Source of the DNA: an uncultured Ruminococcus sp.
GTDB taxonomy: Bacteria > Bacillota > Clostridia > Oscillospirales > Ruminococcaceae
Reading direction: 5' to 3'
Length of the DNA stretch: 32,397 nucleotides
Assembly: GCA_947177345.1 (NCBI GenBank)
Contig: CAMWUB010000001.1
Span: 1-32,397, forward strand
Part shown: piece by piece, positions 18,401-27,278 of the stretch
Layout: the number at the start of each line of letters is the position of its first letter
Numbering within the stretch: the first letter of the stretch is position 1
The notes under the pieces: model-generated
Told to the model about the DNA's origin: nothing
The model's input: the letters and a program-made list of their open reading frames with translations, nothing else
The model's database searches: none
Program-made: the position numbers and the translations under genes

Positions 18401-21400
18401 CATACGCATGGTTTCCAAAATCAAGGAAAGCGGATACAGCATTTCGCTGACGGAATTATATAAGCATGATAATATAGGAAGTATGGCGGAATATCTTGCC
18501 AGCATGAAACCGGCGGTTGAAAATCATGAAAAAACTTTTGAAATTGCACCTTTGGACAAGTGGAAACCTTTTAGGCTCACGCCTCTTCAGGAGTCATATT
18601 TTATCGGCAGAGTAAATAGCCGGAATAATTCGTCTGTCTTTACCGGCGGATATATTGAGCTTGACTGTAATGAATATAACCATGATAAAATGCAGTTCTG
18701 CATCAGAAAAATTATAGCAAAGCATGATATTCTGAGATGTTCAATAAATGATGACGGAACACAGCAGTTTCTTGAAACAGTTGATGTATATAATATAGAG
18801 CTTGATGACCTTACATCGCTTAGTGAAAGTGAAAAGCAGAAGGCACTTTCAGTTTCAAGAAAACAGGTATCAGAAACAAAAACAGATTTGAAAAAACCTC
18901 CACTTATTTTTATAAAATCTTCGCTTATCGGAAAAGAACACGCAATAATGCACATATATCTTGACGGACTTATACTTGATGGCTGTGGAACAGAGCTTTT
19001 TATTTCGGAGCTGGCAAGTCTTTATATCAACGGAAAATATATGTATGATTCTGTAGACGTTACTTTCAGGGATTATGTCCGTTATCTTGAATATCAGCGT
19101 ACTACAGAACAGTTTCAGACAGATAAGGATTACTGGAAATCACGCATATCTGATATGCCTGAAAGTGCATCGCTTCCGCTTTTGAAATCTCCTGATGAAA
19201 TTACAGATGCAATAAGCGGACAGATACCATGTAGTATTTCAATTGAAGACTGGGATAAACTCGGCATGATAGCAAAAAAATACAGAGTCACGACTTTTTC
19301 AGTGCTTTTTACAGCGTTTGCATATGTAATGTCAAGATGGAACAACAAAAAGCGTTTTCTGTTGAATATCCCGGCGTTTGACGTTCCGGATTTTCATAAG
19401 GATTATTTCAAGGTAATGGGTGTGTGTTCGTCATTCCTGATTGTAACGATTGAGATTAACACAAATAAAAGCTTTCTGGAAAATGTAAAGAAAATTCAGT
19501 CCCATATTCTTGAGCTGAAAGAACACAGCACCTATTCCGGCATGGATGTTGTACATGATATTTACAGAATGAACGGAAGAAACGATACTGAGTCACTTGT
19601 GCCATTTGTTTTCGGAATGGTAATGGAAACCGGAAAAAATGACAGCAATATTCCGGAAGACAAGCAGAAACTTATAAAACTAAGCTATCAGGAAAATCGT
19701 ACGGCTAAAATACTTATAGATATAAACACTATAAAATACGAAAATCATATTGAATTCAACTGGAATTATCTTGAGGGTGTACTTGACAGGAAAATGCTTT
19801 CTGAAATGGCTTCGGCACAGATTGACATTATAACAAAAGCTGTAAATTCAGAAAATTTTTGGAATACGTCTGTTAATATCAGTCTTCCCGAAAGAGACAG
19901 AAAAGTTATAGAACAGGCAAATAATACGGAAAGTAATTTTGATTTTGTATCAATGCCCGTTGTTATTGAAAAAAGCATAAAAGAATACAGCGACAAACCA
20001 TATCTTAATACTATTGATAAAAGCTATACATATTCGGAAATTGGTATACTATGCCGGAGATTTGCGTCGATGCTCTTGGAAAAAGGCTGTTGTGCGGGAG
20101 ATTACATTGCAGTGCATATGGAAAAATCAGCGGAGCAGATTATTGCTATTCTTTCAATAGCTATGACAGGTGGTGTTTATGTTCCTGTTGAATATAATTA
20201 TCCTTTCAGGCTGGCAGAAAAATGTTTTCGAAATACCGGCTGTAAACTTATGATTGTTTCAAGGGAAAAATCAGCGGATTTTGAAAAATCAGGAATTGAT
20301 ATAATTGTTCCTGATTTGAATGCCCTTCCGGCAGATAACGTCTTTAAAGTAAGCCCTACAGATGAGGAAAGTCTTATTGCAATAATACATACTTCTGGCT
20401 CTACCGGAGAACCTAAGCCGGTAATGGTAGGACAGAAGGGACTTTTAAACAGCCTGATATTCACTAACCATAAATTCGGAGTATCTGCTAATGATTCGGC
20501 TATTGCCCTTACAAATACCGCACATGATATGTCAATGTATGATATTTTCGGAATGCTTATGGCTGGTGCTTCATTGACTCTTCCGTATGAAAAAGACGCA
20601 AAAAATCCGCGGGTATGGATAGAACTCATCAGAAAATACGGCGTTACTATATGGAATTCTGTTCCGGCAATGCAGGAAATGCTCCGGTCTGTTATCAGGG
20701 ACGAACAGTTAAAAGATATAAGCACTCTCAGGCTGATAATTCACGGGGGCGATTATCTTAAGCCTGCTTTGGCACAGTGGATACATGACAGCATAAAAAA
20801 TGTCGTTCTTGTAAATGTCGGCGGTCCTACAGAAACTACTTTATGGAATATTTTTCATATTGTCAGCGAAGAGGATATAAATTCAAGAAATATACCTTAC
20901 GGCAAGCCGATAAGCAATACAAAATATTATGTTCTTAATGAAAATCTTGAAAAGCTTCCAATAGGTGTTTCAGGCATGATGTACTGTGCCGGTGTTGGGG
21001 TGACTAAAGGTTACTATAATAATCCGGCTCTTACAAGTGAAAAGTACATTATTTTACCTGAAACTAACGAGAGAGTATACAGGACAGGCGATATGGGAAA
21101 ATACCGCGAGGACGGAACGCTAATGTTTATGGGGCGTGAAGATAATCAAGTAAAAATTAACGGAAAGCGTATCGAGCTTAAAGGAATTGCTTCTGTTATT
21201 ATGGAATTTGAAGAAGTAAATGAATGTGAAGTATTTGTCATAAACGGCAATGAAATAACAGCATATTATACAGCAGATAAAAAAATTCGGGCTGATATTC
21301 TCAGAAATCATACTGCCTCTCTTCTTCCGTCATATATGATTCCGAAACATTTTGTATTTGCAGACAGAATAATATGCAAGCCTAACGGAAAAGTCGATAA

Positions 21401-21698
21401 GCAGGCTATGATTTCAGCCTATGATGTCGGGACAGACAATGTAAACACTGAAAACATTGAAAATCTTGATGAGATTGAACAGAAAATCCTTGATATTTAC
21501 AGAAGGGAACTGAATATTGAAATCGATGCTGATACGGATATTTATATGGCTGGGGGAGACTCAATAATGATTCTCAATATGATACCACTGATAAAAGAAA
21601 TGTTCAGTATTGAAATGGAGTTATCAGAAATTTTCAGTTTTACGACTGTCAGGGAAATTGCTGATTATATTAAAGAAAGTATGGTCGATAAGCAGTGA
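15465..21698 (+). CDS. Bimodular NRPS, Cy-A(Cys)-T-Cy-A(?)-T, with no terminal TE, Ox or MT domain
   Basis: Cy1 LTEVQLAYVIGR, DMIIMD, SQTPQLLID; A1 YTSGSTGEPKG, FDLSVYD, LSGDWIP, SLGGATEGSIW; T1 LGIDS; Cy2 PFRLTPLQESYFIGR, DGLILD; A2 HTSGSTGEPK, NVGGPTETTLW, PNGKVDK; T2 AGGDS. Confidence 0.95.
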   Translation: MDKKEKYELTEVQLAYVIGRSDNMYLGGNSTHFYFEVNMTADISRFETALNKVIEKQSMLRNVVYDDGTQNEYQGNTYFTVETVDVCGNEAFSECPQLLSHREKASQRVFPLNTWPMFEIKAFSYGNDKYVLALDFDMIIMDRFSIDIFLTELYNFYSNPDNENVGLNHTFRDYISDKKEYKKLNYDSDKVFWNDIITSLPPAPQIPHKEDIPSGSRFSSKEFIISAEKWNSIKEILHSRRITPSVFVLVCYAKMLSMWSNQSSLTINMTAGKRKVGRKIYNDVIGDFTELLLIDFDFMNDSDSKAYSMLEMCETTQSKLRKYMKHDSFTAIEAMKEYSKLNNGTADFYFAFTSRITDNTSEVYSELFTERGYQISQTPQLLIDCQVSEQDGELYLRWDYIEMAFDENFLDDMYRTFAEYVLQGIEAESHVLYELEKAIEKYNSTRQDIPSCTLQELFRHQAERTPDKTAVYADGESLRYKELDEKATVVASYIVENFGIGKRICVLAERNVMTIVNIVGILKAGCTYIPIDSSYPEERKNSIIKQSSAVALLGTDFYESIKDNVTILSEAVRGIGNSNDEAYIIYTSGSTGEPKGVVITHDAVCNTVQDINKRFSITEKDCIIGISSFCFDLSVYDIFGALSTGAELVIAKDIFDTENIKNLMKEFNVTFWNTVPSIMEMLINSIESGEKFLPLRNVFLSGDWIPLRLPDEIKKHFPNASVTSLGGATEGSIWSIYYPVEKNNSSWKSIPYGYPLTNQQMYVLNYDGKPTPFGAVGEICIGGRGVAKCYQGMEKLTAEKYTLHEKYGRIYHTGDFGVFHRNGCIEFMGRKDSQFKIRGFRIELGEIESALMKCENVREAVADVFVNSAGTQYLLGYVVLNDESAEFDEDSMKKTIGNYLPKYMMPSHIYELKNIPLTSNGKVNRKALPKKIENITAEYIAPSTETEKLIVSLVENISGCENAGINESLFDLGIDSVKAIRMVSKIKESGYSISLTELYKHDNIGSMAEYLASMKPAVENHEKTFEIAPLDKWKPFRLTPLQESYFIGRVNSRNNSSVFTGGYIELDCNEYNHDKMQFCIRKIIAKHDILRCSINDDGTQQFLETVDVYNIELDDLTSLSESEKQKALSVSRKQVSETKTDLKKPPLIFIKSSLIGKEHAIMHIYLDGLILDGCGTELFISELASLYINGKYMYDSVDVTFRDYVRYLEYQRTTEQFQTDKDYWKSRISDMPESASLPLLKSPDEITDAISGQIPCSISIEDWDKLGMIAKKYRVTTFSVLFTAFAYVMSRWNNKKRFLLNIPAFDVPDFHKDYFKVMGVCSSFLIVTIEINTNKSFLENVKKIQSHILELKEHSTYSGMDVVHDIYRMNGRNDTESLVPFVFGMVMETGKNDSNIPEDKQKLIKLSYQENRTAKILIDINTIKYENHIEFNWNYLEGVLDRKMLSEMASAQIDIITKAVNSENFWNTSVNISLPERDRKVIEQANNTESNFDFVSMPVVIEKSIKEYSDKPYLNTIDKSYTYSEIGILCRRFASMLLEKGCCAGDYIAVHMEKSAEQIIAILSIAMTGGVYVPVEYNYPFRLAEKCFRNTGCKLMIVSREKSADFEKSGIDIIVPDLNALPADNVFKVSPTDEESLIAIIHTSGSTGEPKPVMVGQKGLLNSLIFTNHKFGVSANDSAIALTNTAHDMSMYDIFGMLMAGASLTLPYEKDAKNPRVWIELIRKYGVTIWNSVPAMQEMLRSVIRDEQLKDISTLRLIIHGGDYLKPALAQWIHDSIKNVVLVNVGGPTETTLWNIFHIVSEEDINSRNIPYGKPISNTKYYVLNENLEKLPIGVSGMMYCAGVGVTKGYYNNPALTSEKYIILPETNERVYRTGDMGKYREDGTLMFMGREDNQVKINGKRIELKGIASVIMEFEEVNECEVFVINGNEITAYYTADKKIRADILRNHTASLLPSYMIPKHFVFADRIICKPNGKVDKQAMISAYDVGTDNVNTENIENLDEIEQKILDIYRRELNIEIDADTDIYMAGGDSIMILNMIPLIKEMFSIEMELSEIFSFTTVREIADYIKESMVDKQ

Positions 21699-22363
21699 AA
21701 GTATTTTTATTTGCACATTCAGGCGGAAACGTCTGGACATATTCAAGGCTTTTCAGTTCGGTTGAGGGTCATGAATTTATACCGGTTGAATTGCCAGGAA
21801 ATGTTTCAAGATTCAGGGACAAACTGCCTAATAACTTTGAAGGTTATCTTGAAACTGCATATCAGATAATAATGCAGAAAGTTGACTATGACGAGGAAAT
21901 AGCTTTATTCGGGCATAGTTTCGGCGGATATCTGCTTTATGACCTTTCGCTCATGCTTGTCCCGAGAGTAAAAAGAGTTATAATATCATGCAGTACGCCG
22001 TTTCATAGATATACTCTTCCGCCTGAAAGTATCGATTACAGTTCGCTTTATAATTTTCCGGTCAAGCCCGATAAAAAGATAGTTGAGGTTTTCAACCCGA
22101 TTATAAGGCATAAAATTGAACTTATAGATGCATATAAGGAAAGATTTAGCTGTAACTCTGATATAAAGCTTTCAGATACAAAGGCAACTCTTATATATGC
22201 CTCCGATGATATTATGACAGGTTATATTTATGAATGGTCAAAATATTTCGGCGAAGGAAACTGTGAGATTATAAAATTTGACGGCGGGCATTTTTATTGG
22301 ATGGAAACCGAAGAAAACAAGAAAAAACTTTGCAGATTAATTGCAGAAAGGTTGAAGAATTAA
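21695..22363 (+). CDS. Type II thioesterase (Ser nucleophile)
   Basis: GTG start overlapping the NRPS stop; LFAHSGG, VELPG, GHSFG, GGHFY. Confidence 0.88.
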   Translation: MKVFLFAHSGGNVWTYSRLFSSVEGHEFIPVELPGNVSRFRDKLPNNFEGYLETAYQIIMQKVDYDEEIALFGHSFGGYLLYDLSLMLVPRVKRVIISCSTPFHRYTLPPESIDYSSLYNFPVKPDKKIVEVFNPIIRHKIELIDAYKERFSCNSDIKLSDTKATLIYASDDIMTGYIYEWSKYFGEGNCEIIKFDGGHFYWMETEENKKKLCRLIAERLKN

Positions 22364-22596
22364 TGAAAGTAAATAAAGAAGAACTCCGTAAACTTATTGC
22401 AGAAGTTCTTGAAATGGAAGCTGAAGACATTGATGATGAAACAGATTTCAATAAAGACCTTGCTATAAATTCACTTCAGATGCTTGATATGGTAGCTGAA
22501 ATAGAGGATAACTATGACCTAATCATTGAGCATAACGAAATCAGAAACATGACCAACATAAACAAAATCGCTGAGGCACTCGAAAAACGCATATGA
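22363..22596 (+). CDS. Acyl carrier protein (77 aa) of the type II KS-CLF system
   Basis: ATG 22363 overlaps the upstream stop (TAATG); acidic; DLAINSLQMLDMVAEIE motif. Confidence 0.9.
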   Translation: MKVNKEELRKLIAEVLEMEAEDIDDETDFNKDLAINSLQMLDMVAEIEDNYDLIIEHNEIRNMTNINKIAEALEKRI

Positions 22597-23792
22597 ACAG
22601 AAGAAGAATTGCTGTTGTTGGTCTCGGCGTAATAAGTCAAGCTGGTTGCAATAAGGAAGAATTTTTTGAAAATATTCTGAGTGGTCAAAAGCATGAGACT
22701 GAATTTATTCCGGAAAGAATTACACAGTCATACTGTCGTAAGTATGATATGATTGACAGGAATATTCTTCAAACTCTTGAAAAAGAGCGTCTAACGAAGA
22801 ATGAAAGGAACACTCTGGGGCTTTGTGCGAAACTGGCGGTATTATCTGCCGATGAGGCTTTAAAGGATTCAGGAATTATTATTGATGAAATTAATGCGGA
22901 ATTGGTTTCAGTTCTTATCGGTTCGGCTTATGGTGAAAATTACAGCTATGAAAAATTCACATCTTCTGATGCAAGAGTTTACAGTAATACTGATATTTCT
23001 TCGTCTGTGGCAAGACATATCGGTGCAGCCGGAGAAATTTTCACTAATATCAATGCCTGTGCCACCGGAAACACAAGTATTGCTTATGGCTGTGAACTTA
23101 TTTACAATAAAAGAGCTGATATAGTTGTTGCCGGAGCTTCAGATGTTTATTCAGAACTGCTTTATGGAGGGTTCAGCAGAATAAAAGTTTTGTCGGGCAA
23201 TGTGCAGAAACCTTTTGATGTAGACAGAGATGGAATAATTCTCAGCGAAGGAGCAGGTACAATTATATTAGAGGATTACGACCACGCTGTAAAACGAGGG
23301 GCATATATTTACTGTGAAGTTCTCGGAACAGGAATGAGCAATGACGCATATCATATGGTTGCTCCCGACCCGACGGCAAAAGGTGCAGTTTCAGCTATAA
23401 TGAATGCACTTGAGGACTCAGGTTGTTCTGCTGGTGATATTGACTATATATCACTGCACGGAACGGGCACTCAGGCAAATGACATATGCGAAAGTCTTGC
23501 CCTGAAAAAAACATTTGGTGATTATGCCGGAAGAATATATGCAAGTTCGTTAAAAGGTTTGCTGGGGCATAGTCTCGGAACGGCTTCTATGCTTTCATCT
23601 GTAAGCTGTGTGATGAGTATTGAAAAGGGTATGATACCTTTTACTGCAAATACAGAAAATCCTATAAGCGAATGCCCCGTGAAACTGGTTATAAATGAGA
23701 GTGTAAAAAAAGATTTGAATATAGTTATGAATAATGCTTTTGCTTTCGGAGGAAGTAACTGTATAATTATTTTCGGTAAATGCCGGAACTGA
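22593..23792 (+). CDS. fabF: FabF-like type II ketosynthase (KS-alpha), cluster-specific homolog
   Basis: Cys-His-His triad NACATG, LHGTGT, GHSLG; PFDVDRDG, SEGAG, NAFAFGG. Confidence 0.92.
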   Translation: MNRRRIAVVGLGVISQAGCNKEEFFENILSGQKHETEFIPERITQSYCRKYDMIDRNILQTLEKERLTKNERNTLGLCAKLAVLSADEALKDSGIIIDEINAELVSVLIGSAYGENYSYEKFTSSDARVYSNTDISSSVARHIGAAGEIFTNINACATGNTSIAYGCELIYNKRADIVVAGASDVYSELLYGGFSRIKVLSGNVQKPFDVDRDGIILSEGAGTIILEDYDHAVKRGAYIYCEVLGTGMSNDAYHMVAPDPTAKGAVSAIMNALEDSGCSAGDIDYISLHGTGTQANDICESLALKKTFGDYAGRIYASSLKGLLGHSLGTASMLSSVSCVMSIEKGMIPFTANTENPISECPVKLVINESVKKDLNIVMNNAFAFGGSNCIIIFGKCRN

Positions 23793-23816
23793 TTATTATT
23801 ATGAAAAGAGGTTGTT

Positions 23817-24884
23817 ATGAGAGCATTGGGAATAAGCTGTGAAAGCTACATTTCTTGTTTCGGAAGTTCGTCTGAAAAGCTGCATCAGATGCTTTTTTGC
23901 CGGAATGCAGCAGCAAATACAGGCAGTTCGGCAGACCTTAGCGACATGGCAGAAAGTCCTGTTTACAATATTACTGATGGATTTGAACTTTCTGCCCGAA
24001 TGCTTGCACTTACTGTATATAGTTCAACAGAAAAATTCAAAGCAAAGTTCAGCAGTGCCGATATTGAAAGTTTCGGGATTTCGGCCGGCTGTGTTTTTGG
24101 AAGTGTAAAGGAAACGGAAATTGCTGACAGGAAAGTAAACGAAAAAGGTCTTAGGGGAATAAGCGTTAAAAATATGCTGAACAGTGTGCCGTGTGGTTCG
24201 TCATCAAAGTCGGCTATTGTCAGTTGCCTCAGAGGTGAGAACGTTATAAACTGCAACGGCGTGACAGCTTCAATTGACTCACTGATTTATGCTTCCGACC
24301 GTATTGAAAGAGGCATCTGTAAGGGAATGGCAGCAGGCGGTACTGAAGAAAACAATCTGCTTGTAAGACTTGCGTCATCTGATTTGAAAAATGTCACACT
24401 AAGTGAGGGAGCAGGTTCTGTGATAATTCATGATGCGGCTTGTGGTGCTGATTGTTATATGCTGGGAAAGGGAAGAAGTTTTTCACCGGAAAATAATTAT
24501 TCCTCTGCATTGATATCAGCCGTCAGCAAGGCAATAAAAAGCATTGAAGATTCTGATAAAAAAATTGACCTTGTTATATGCGGTTTCAATTCTGATGAAG
24601 AAAGTGACAACGCCCGTCTTTCCGCAATGGAATACTGTTTCGTGAAAACAGGAGTCCGCTGTTACTCTGCTAAAGGAATTTTCGGAGAAGTTGCCGGTGC
24701 AGATGGTATACTTGCGGTTATTGCCTCAATGGAAATATTACGCTCACAGAAATTTCCGTCAGATTGTATAAATATAGGGAATGTTTCAGAATGCAGTGAA
24801 ATAAAGAATATTCTTATTGCTGATGTTGATAAATGTGGTCTGGCATCTTGCGTTATTTTAGGAAAGGAAATCTATTATGGATAA
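23817..24884 (+). CDS. Non-catalytic KS homolog (chain-length-factor-like partner)
   Basis: KS fold remnants (AGGTEE, LSEGAG, SAKGIFGEVAGADG), but NGVTAS at the catalytic-Cys position, no HGTGT, and GE replacing GH; directly follows the active KS. Confidence 0.8.
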   Translation: MRALGISCESYISCFGSSSEKLHQMLFCRNAAANTGSSADLSDMAESPVYNITDGFELSARMLALTVYSSTEKFKAKFSSADIESFGISAGCVFGSVKETEIADRKVNEKGLRGISVKNMLNSVPCGSSSKSAIVSCLRGENVINCNGVTASIDSLIYASDRIERGICKGMAAGGTEENNLLVRLASSDLKNVTLSEGAGSVIIHDAACGADCYMLGKGRSFSPENNYSSALISAVSKAIKSIEDSDKKIDLVICGFNSDEESDNARLSAMEYCFVKTGVRCYSAKGIFGEVAGADGILAVIASMEILRSQKFPSDCINIGNVSECSEIKNILIADVDKCGLASCVILGKEIYYG

Positions 24885-25620
24885 TAGAAGTGTTGTTATT
24901 ACAGGGGCTGTTCAGGGAATAGGGCGTGCGGTGGTGCTTAAGTTTGCCAATAACGGATATAGCGTTGCAATAAATTATCGTAATCCCCTGAAAGAATCTG
25001 AGGCAAAAGCACTTGCAGAAGAATGCAGTAAAATTTCCGGAAGAGAGGCTATTGCAATCTGTGCCGATGTTTCTGTGCCGGAAAACTGTAAGTTTCTGAT
25101 TGATGAAACTGTCAGAAGATTCGATAAAATAGATGTTGTTGTAAATAATGCCGGAATAATGAAATACTCGCTTTTACATAGAATGAGCGATGAGGATTAC
25201 AGGCAGATGGTATCTTCAAATCAGGACAGTGTTTTTTTCATGATGAAATATGCCGGAAAGCATATGCTGAAAAAAAAGAGTGGTTCTATTGTGAATGTAG
25301 CGTCTGTTGCCGGAATATACGGCTCGTCTGCATTGTCGGTATATTCAGCCACTAAGGGTGCTGTTATAGCTATGACAAAGAGTGCGTCAGTGGAATTTGC
25401 ACGTAAAAATGTAAGAGTAAATGCTGTCGCTCCGGGGATGGTAAACACTCCTATGACGAATGATTTTACAGCGGAGGAAAAAGAAAATATGAGCAGTAAT
25501 ATTCCGGTAGGAAGGTTTGCCGAGCCGCCGGAAATTGCAGAGGCGATATACTGGCTTGCGTCAGACGAATCTTCATATATTACTGGTCATGTCATGGAAA
25601 TCAGCGGAGGACTGAAATAA
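24877..25620 (+). CDS. FabG-like SDR ketoreductase 2
   Basis: TGAVQGIG, VNNAG, NVAS, YSATK, VNAVAPG. Confidence 0.9.
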   Translation: MDNRSVVITGAVQGIGRAVVLKFANNGYSVAINYRNPLKESEAKALAEECSKISGREAIAICADVSVPENCKFLIDETVRRFDKIDVVVNNAGIMKYSLLHRMSDEDYRQMVSSNQDSVFFMMKYAGKHMLKKKSGSIVNVASVAGIYGSSALSVYSATKGAVIAMTKSASVEFARKNVRVNAVAPGMVNTPMTNDFTAEEKENMSSNIPVGRFAEPPEIAEAIYWLASDESSYITGHVMEISGGLK

Positions 25621-25623
25621 TTT

Positions 25624-26373
25624 ATGTTCCATTCTGAAAAAAAGACAATTTTTTCTTACAAGGACAAAATTTATCCGGTTTCATTTTCCGCAGTTTCACT
25701 GGAAAATTCGGATAAAACAGAAATCGAAAAATACCTCGGCACGAGAGAGTATGAATATTTCAGAAGTCTGAAATACAGAAAAAAGCGTCATGATTATCTC
25801 CTGAGCAGACTTAGTGCAAAATTTGCAGCTACAAATCTGGATATATCATATATTCCTGAAAATATAACGATAACAAACGGCTGTTTTATGCAGCCCTGTC
25901 TGCACATGAAAAACTGTGAATCGGGATATTCTGTAAGTATTACCCATTGCAGTAATATAGGCATATCGGTGGTATTTCCCGATGAATATGCAGTGGGTAT
26001 AGACCTTGAATATATTGATACCAAAAGTGCGGATGTGATAAAAGAGTACCTGACAGAGAATGAAAGAATTATAAGCAGAAATGGCAACGATATGATAACA
26101 ATGATGTGGACTGCAAAGGAAGCACTTTCAAAAATTATCAGAACAGGTTTTACTGCAAATATGAAAATTTTTGAGATTTCAACTACTTGCAGTTCAGATA
26201 CAGAAAATGTTTTCATTTTGGATTTTTTATATTTTTCAAATATGACAGCATACAGTTTTAGGTTTAAAGAATATATTTTTTCGGTAGTTATGCCAAAAAA
26301 TTCTGATTTCAGCATATCAGATATTATCAGTCTGTTGAAAAAAATTAAGGAGTGGAAAATCAGTGTCAAATGA
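25624..26373 (+). CDS. 4'-phosphopantetheinyl transferase (Sfp-type)
   Basis: VSITH, VGIDLE, WTAKEALSK; 249 aa. Confidence 0.92.
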   Translation: MFHSEKKTIFSYKDKIYPVSFSAVSLENSDKTEIEKYLGTREYEYFRSLKYRKKRHDYLLSRLSAKFAATNLDISYIPENITITNGCFMQPCLHMKNCESGYSVSITHCSNIGISVVFPDEYAVGIDLEYIDTKSADVIKEYLTENERIISRNGNDMITMMWTAKEALSKIIRTGFTANMKIFEISTTCSSDTENVFILDFLYFSNMTAYSFRFKEYIFSVVMPKNSDFSISDIISLLKKIKEWKISVK

Positions 26374-27115
26374 ATTTAAAGACAGGAATTTTATTGTGAC
26401 CGGTGGCTGTAAAGGAATAGGAAAAGCCGTAGTGACAGCACTGTTGCATTCAGGTGCAAATGTTGTGGCTACTTATAACAGTTCTGCTGACGAGGCGGAG
26501 CAGATGATGAAAGACTCGGAAGATTATGAGGGTACTTTGCATATTTACAAAATGAATGCAGGTCTTGAGGAAGAAATTTCAGATGTGATAAAAAAAATTA
26601 TTTCCGATTTCAACGGCTGTATTGACGGTCTTGTGAATAATGCCGGAATAACCAGCGATTGTCTGTTGGTAGGAATGAATAGTGACGATTGGAATAATGT
26701 TATAAATATCAATCTCAACGGCGTATACAATGTTACAAAAAATGTTATTGTACCAATGCTGAAACGTAAAAAGGGTTCTGTTGTAAATATAAGTTCAGTC
26801 AATGGTATGCACGGCGTTGCAGGTCAGACGAATTATAGTGCCTCAAAGGCGGGTGTTATTGCCTTCACAAAGTCTCTTTCAAGGGAAACAGCTGGTAAAA
26901 ATATCAGGATAAATGCAGTATCACCAGGATATATTAATACTTCAATGGTAAGAAATATGAATGCTGATACTGTTGAACGCATAAAGTCGATGATTCCCGT
27001 GCATCGTCTGGGAAGACCGGAGGAAGTTGCAGAGGCTGTTATGTTTCTGCTTAGCGATAGGTCGAGTTATATTACAGGACAGGTTATTGTCATTGACGGT
27101 GGTATGACAGCATGA
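26363..27115 (+). CDS. fabG: 3-oxoacyl-ACP reductase (FabG-like SDR 3)
   Basis: GTG start after AAGGAG; TGGCKGIG, NNAGITSD, NISS, GQTNYSASKAG, PGYINT. Confidence 0.9.
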   Translation: MSNEFKDRNFIVTGGCKGIGKAVVTALLHSGANVVATYNSSADEAEQMMKDSEDYEGTLHIYKMNAGLEEEISDVIKKIISDFNGCIDGLVNNAGITSDCLLVGMNSDDWNNVININLNGVYNVTKNVIVPMLKRKKGSVVNISSVNGMHGVAGQTNYSASKAGVIAFTKSLSRETAGKNIRINAVSPGYINTSMVRNMNADTVERIKSMIPVHRLGRPEEVAEAVMFLLSDRSSYITGQVIVIDGGMTA

Positions 27116-27278
27116 TTATGAACTTTAATAATATGTGAATAATATCTTATATATTCCGGATTTATCTTAAGGCAACACCGCATAATGAACAATCAGTACA
27201 AAAAGTAAAGAAAAACACTCGGCAGAAATGCCAAGTGAGCAGAGAAATATTCAGTTTTTTAAGCAAAGGCATACAGAA

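Larger units (their letters stand above)
2848..27115 (+). other. Hybrid NRPS / AT-less type I PKS / type II PKS biosynthetic gene cluster (19-gene operon)
   Basis: All genes are on + with short gaps or overlaps (TAATG at 12065-12069 and 22361-22365, GTGA at 21695, ATGA at 22593); the cluster has its own PPTase, thioesterases and exporter. Confidence 0.95.

Noticed and set aside
15465-21698. Identification as a yersiniabactin, pyochelin or colibactin cluster
   Set aside because: No salicylate synthase or aryl ligase, MT, Ox, aminomalonyl genes or prodrug peptidase; the architecture differs.
22363-22596. NSL instead of DSL in two ACPs as a sign of special function
   Set aside because: The Ser is intact and Asn at this position is a common variant.
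4114-26802. Many antisense and alternate-frame ORFs inside the cluster (for example 12193-12858, 20198-20725, 25794-26369)
   Set aside because: They are shadows of well-supported + strand genes, with no motifs or RBS.
3931-27115. fabH/fabF/fabG/ACP genes as housekeeping fatty-acid synthesis
   Set aside because: They are divergent, interleaved with NRPS/PKS genes, include a CLF-like partner, and lack acc and fabZ.
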